Source: a virus (taxonomy: Monodnaviria > Loebvirae > Hofneiviricota > Faserviricetes > Tubulavirales > Inoviridae). From it: a stretch of 7,934 bases of DNA. The notes under the pieces are model-generated. The model had not been told where the DNA came from and made no database searches. It saw nothing but the letters and a program-made list of their open reading frames with translations. Positions 1 through 7,934 of the stretch are shown here, one piece after another. Where the stretch lies: the IMG/VR virus record IMGVR_UViG_2645727945_000001; one strand, given 5' to 3'. Every line of letters starts with the position of its first letter. The first letter of the stretch is position 1. The translations under genes and the position numbers were made by a program.

Positions 1-7
1 ATAAAAA

Positions 8-38
8 GGCCGCTGCGGTGGAAAGTATCGCAGCGGCC
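8..38. other. GC-rich hairpin (10-bp stem ggccgctgcg / cgcagcggcc, 11-nt loop) flanked by A-run and T-run; inner part of the junction-spanning hairpin, possibly a bidirectional terminator
   Basis: Perfect inverted repeat 8-17 / 29-38 seen directly; aaaaa upstream and tttt downstream. Confidence 0.5.
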
Positions 39-40
39 TT

Positions 41-75
41 TTCAACATAACGCGTGTCACATTATGCGCACTGTT
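41..75 (-). other. dif-like site (XerC-arm-like AGTGCGCATAA, extended 11-nt central region, XerD-arm-like TTATGTTGAAA), read on the minus strand
   Basis: Reverse complement of 41-75 reads AGTGCGCATAATGTGACACGCGTTATGTTGAA; 13 consecutive nt match the enterobacterial dif core GGTGCGCATAATGT and TTATGTT matches the XerD arm. Confidence 0.5.
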
Positions 76-331
76 ATCAGGACTGATGAAAACCGAAGGC
101 CAGTCATCACCAGAATTGCTGTAACCCATCAATTTCATCAACTGGCCACATCAATGCATGGACGACTCACGCCTTGCGTCGTTCGTCTCGATAGCTGCCC
201 TTTAAAAGCGGCCTGGCAGGAAGCGCGTTGCGCTGTCTCCTGCTGCTCTGTAATTTCTCCCTGGCTTCGGCGGTCAGGCAGCTGCATCACATGAAACATC
301 ATCATGCCGCCTTACATGCCGCGTTGCGGCA

Positions 332-2646
<2,315 letters not shown>

Positions 2647-2657
2647 AAATCACCCTC

Positions 2658-2948
<291 letters not shown>

Positions 2949-2962
2949 TCACCACCTGATTA

Positions 2963-4594
<1,632 letters not shown>

Positions 4595-4598
4595 TTCA

Positions 4599-4769
4599 TC
4601 ACCAGTAAAAACTAAATGGTTTTACAATTCGACGGAAATCCTGATCGGCTTTTTCAAGAATAACTGAAACAACATATTCTTCAATGGTTGTATTTTTATT
4701 GTAAATAATTCTTTCTATCTGCTCGATAGTGTATTCTGGCAATTTAACTTTAAATTCTTGAGTAGACAT
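4599..4769 (-). CDS. Small 56-aa hydrophilic protein with ribbon-helix-helix-like pattern (hypothetical)
   Basis: Hand translation: [56 protein letters not shown]; RBS gagg about 5 nt before ATG; stop 4 nt before the pIII-like start; below the ORF-track length cutoff. Confidence 0.4.
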   Translation of the reverse strand: MSTQEFKVKLPEYTIEQIERIIYNKNTTIEEYVVSVILEKADQDFRRIVKPFSFYW

Positions 4770-4861
4770 AAAACCTCACAAATTAGATTTAAAGCCAATG
4801 ACGCAACATAACCCACAAAGGGAACCAAACATCATAAAAATAAAATCAAACATAAATATCC

Positions 4862-4887
4862 AAAAAAAGGGCGGAATATCCGCCCTT
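4862..4887 (-). terminator. Rho-independent terminator immediately downstream of the major coat gene
   Basis: On the minus strand: GC-rich 7-bp stem (agggcgg / ccgccct, 5-nt loop) followed by a run of 7 T; located 17 nt after the pVIII-like stop. Confidence 0.65.
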
Positions 4888-4903
4888 CCTCATAAAAAAC
4901 AAC

Positions 4904-5152
4904 TCAGATACTTCTGATGGCTCCCCATACTTTACGAACGCCAGCAAAAGTCAGATAAACTGTAACTCCTGCAACACCGATAGAAAGAATAACAGCAGAA
5001 ACAGAAGACATATCAATGCTGTTAGTCAATGATGAAAAATCGACTGTACCAGCAAAAGACGGAGATACAGCAAGAGCAGAAGCAGCGGAAAAAGATAAAG
5101 CTGCAACTTTCTTATCAACACCCTTAAAAAAATTGGTCATTTTTGCAAACAT
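4904..5152 (-). CDS. Major coat protein (pVIII-like) precursor
   Basis: Start chosen at internal ATG 5152 preceded by RBS aaggag (9-nt spacing); 82 aa: leader MFAKMTNFFKGVDKKVAALSFSAASALAVSPSFA, then approx 48-aa mature part with hydrophobic core and basic C-terminus (GVRKVWGAIRSI). Confidence 0.7.
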   Translation of the reverse strand: MFAKMTNFFKGVDKKVAALSFSAASALAVSPSFAGTVDFSSLTNSIDMSSVSAVILSIGVAGVTVYLTFAGVRKVWGAIRSI

Positions 5153-5154
5153 AA

Positions 5155-5328
5155 TTAAAGTCTCCTTATTAAACTCCAAATTGTGGAAATAATCATGCCA
5201 AGAAAAAAACAAAATACTGGCAGTGAAAATCCCGTTAAAAACGCCGAGGAATAAATCCCCGACACATCAGGTATCCCCACGCAAATAGCATTAATTTGCG
5301 TGGAAACTGAATCCGAATTAACAGACAT
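5155..5328 (-). CDS. Small 57-aa hydrophobic protein (possible pVII/pIX-type minor coat analog)
   Basis: Hand translation: MSVNSDSVSTQINAICVGIPDVSGIYSSAFLTGFSLPVFCFFLGMIISTIWSLIRRL; starts 4 nt after the ssb-like stop and ends 2 nt before the pVIII-like ATG; no clear SD; below ORF-track cutoff. Confidence 0.3.
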   Translation of the reverse strand: MSVNSDSVSTQINAICVGIPDVSGIYSSAFLTGFSLPVFCFFLGMIISTIWSLIRRL

Positions 5329-5332
5329 AAAA

Positions 5333-7089
<1,757 letters not shown>

Positions 7090-7093
7090 TTAC

Positions 7094-7173
7094 CGCATGC
7101 GCGCATCATAATCACATTTAATGTGTGTTGTAAATACGCATGCGCTATGCGGGTGTAAAAAAAATGGAATAAT
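7094..7173. promoter_or_regulatory. Divergent promoter/operator region between rep operon and repressor gene
   Basis: Minus-strand candidate sigma70 promoter: -35 TTTACA (rc of 7129-7134), 18-nt spacer, -10 TATGAT (rc of 7105-7110). Plus-strand candidate extended -10 TGgAATAAT (7165-7173). Palindromes: ATGCGCGCAT (7097-7106), CACAT-tta-ATGTG (7113-7125), CGCATGCG repeated at 7094-7101 and 7137-7144. Confidence 0.35.
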
Positions 7174-7208
7174 CACCTTCTATTGAAAGGACATAGAGGT
7201 AAATTTTG

Positions 7209-7421
7209 ATGAAAAAAGAAACAAAGCGCGGAGACACAACCGTAAGGATTAACGAAAACAGAAAACTGGAGCTAAAACGAAGAGTGCTGGAAATCGGTAA
7301 TAAAACAGGTGAGCTACTAAAACCATCAGAGATAGTAAACCACTTAATAGACAACTACTTAGATGATGCGGTGAAAGATCTAATAAGCAAAGAAGAACTT
7401 AAGAAAAAAAAGGCAATGTGA
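7209..7421 (+). CDS. Arc/Mnt-like ribbon-helix-helix transcriptional repressor (phage repressor candidate)
   Basis: 70 aa from ATG 7209 (ORF track starts at TTG 7206); RBS agaggt 8 nt upstream; TTVRINENRKLELKRRVLEIGNKTGELLKPSEIVNHLIDNYL matches the RHH beta-strand/helix/turn/helix pattern; divergent from the rep operon. Confidence 0.6.
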   Translation: MKKETKRGDTTVRINENRKLELKRRVLEIGNKTGELLKPSEIVNHLIDNYLDDAVKDLISKEELKKKKAM

Positions 7422-7477
7422 TCCCTTTTCCTGCATTCAGCAGACTACCCGCGAAGGATCGAAAGGATACGGTTTAA

Positions 7478-7711
<234 letters not shown>

Positions 7712-7762
7712 TAAAGGAATGTAGAGTCCCGACAGGATTAACAACATCAGCTCAGAAAAACC

Positions 7763-7903
7763 ATGCACGACATGATTCTGGATTTACTAATGAAATACCT
7801 GATTGCCGGTAGTCTGTTCGGCATGTTTTTGTTCAGCGTCATAACAATAGTGTTGCCAATCGTCCTGAGGGCACACAATAAAATCAACAGAAGCAACGAC
7901 TGA
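7763..7903 (+). CDS. Small 46-aa hydrophobic peptide ORF in the intergenic region (hypothetical)
   Basis: Hand translation: MHDMILDLLMKYLIAGSLFGMFLFSVITIVLPIVLRAHNKINRSND; single predicted TM helix; no convincing SD; below ORF-track cutoff. Confidence 0.2.
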   Translation: MHDMILDLLMKYLIAGSLFGMFLFSVITIVLPIVLRAHNKINRSND

Positions 7904-7910
7904 ATACACA

Positions 7911-7934
7911 ACAGTGCGCACAATGGCGTTATGT
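7911..7934 (+). other. dif-like site, truncated by the window end (XerC-arm-like AGTGCGCACAA, short central region, start of XerD-arm-like TTATGT)
   Basis: 7911-7934 acAGTGCGCACAATGGCGTTATGT; inverted partner of the site at 41-75 (15 of 16 nt complementary in the outer arm plus a perfect 9-nt inner arm). Confidence 0.5.

Noticed and set aside
64-294. 76-aa plus-strand ORF at the left end
   Set aside because: Start codon lies inside the dif-like site with no RBS; GC-rich intergenic region where stop-free frames arise by chance.
4904-5212. 102-aa version of the major coat ORF starting at 5212 (MFFSWHDYF...)
   Set aside because: No RBS at 5212, whereas the internal ATG at 5152 has a strong aaggag RBS and yields a typical coat-protein leader; the upstream part also overlaps the small hydrophobic ORF in another frame.

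Overview
The window reads as a compact, almost gene-saturated filamentous phage (Inoviridae-like) genome of about 7.9 kb. Nearly all genes lie on the minus strand in the canonical inovirus order: a small acidic ORF, a rolling-circle replication initiator, a putative ssDNA-binding protein, a small hydrophobic ORF, the major coat protein (pVIII-like) followed by an intrinsic terminator, a 56-aa ribbon-helix-helix-like ORF, a pIII-like adsorption protein with a long Gly/Thr/Ser repeat linker, a pVI-like membrane protein, a pI/Zot-like assembly ATPase and a pIV secretin. One small Arc/Mnt-like repressor gene is transcribed divergently on the plus strand from a palindrome-rich promoter region. The two window ends carry inverted dif-like sequences that join into one long imperfect hairpin across the 7934/1 junction. 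This suggests the window is a circularly permuted complete replicon with a CTXphi-type folded attP for XerCD-mediated integration. All assignments are from reading the sequence and ORF translations; no database search was run. Several plausible genes fall below the 60-aa ORF-track cutoff and were found by hand translation.
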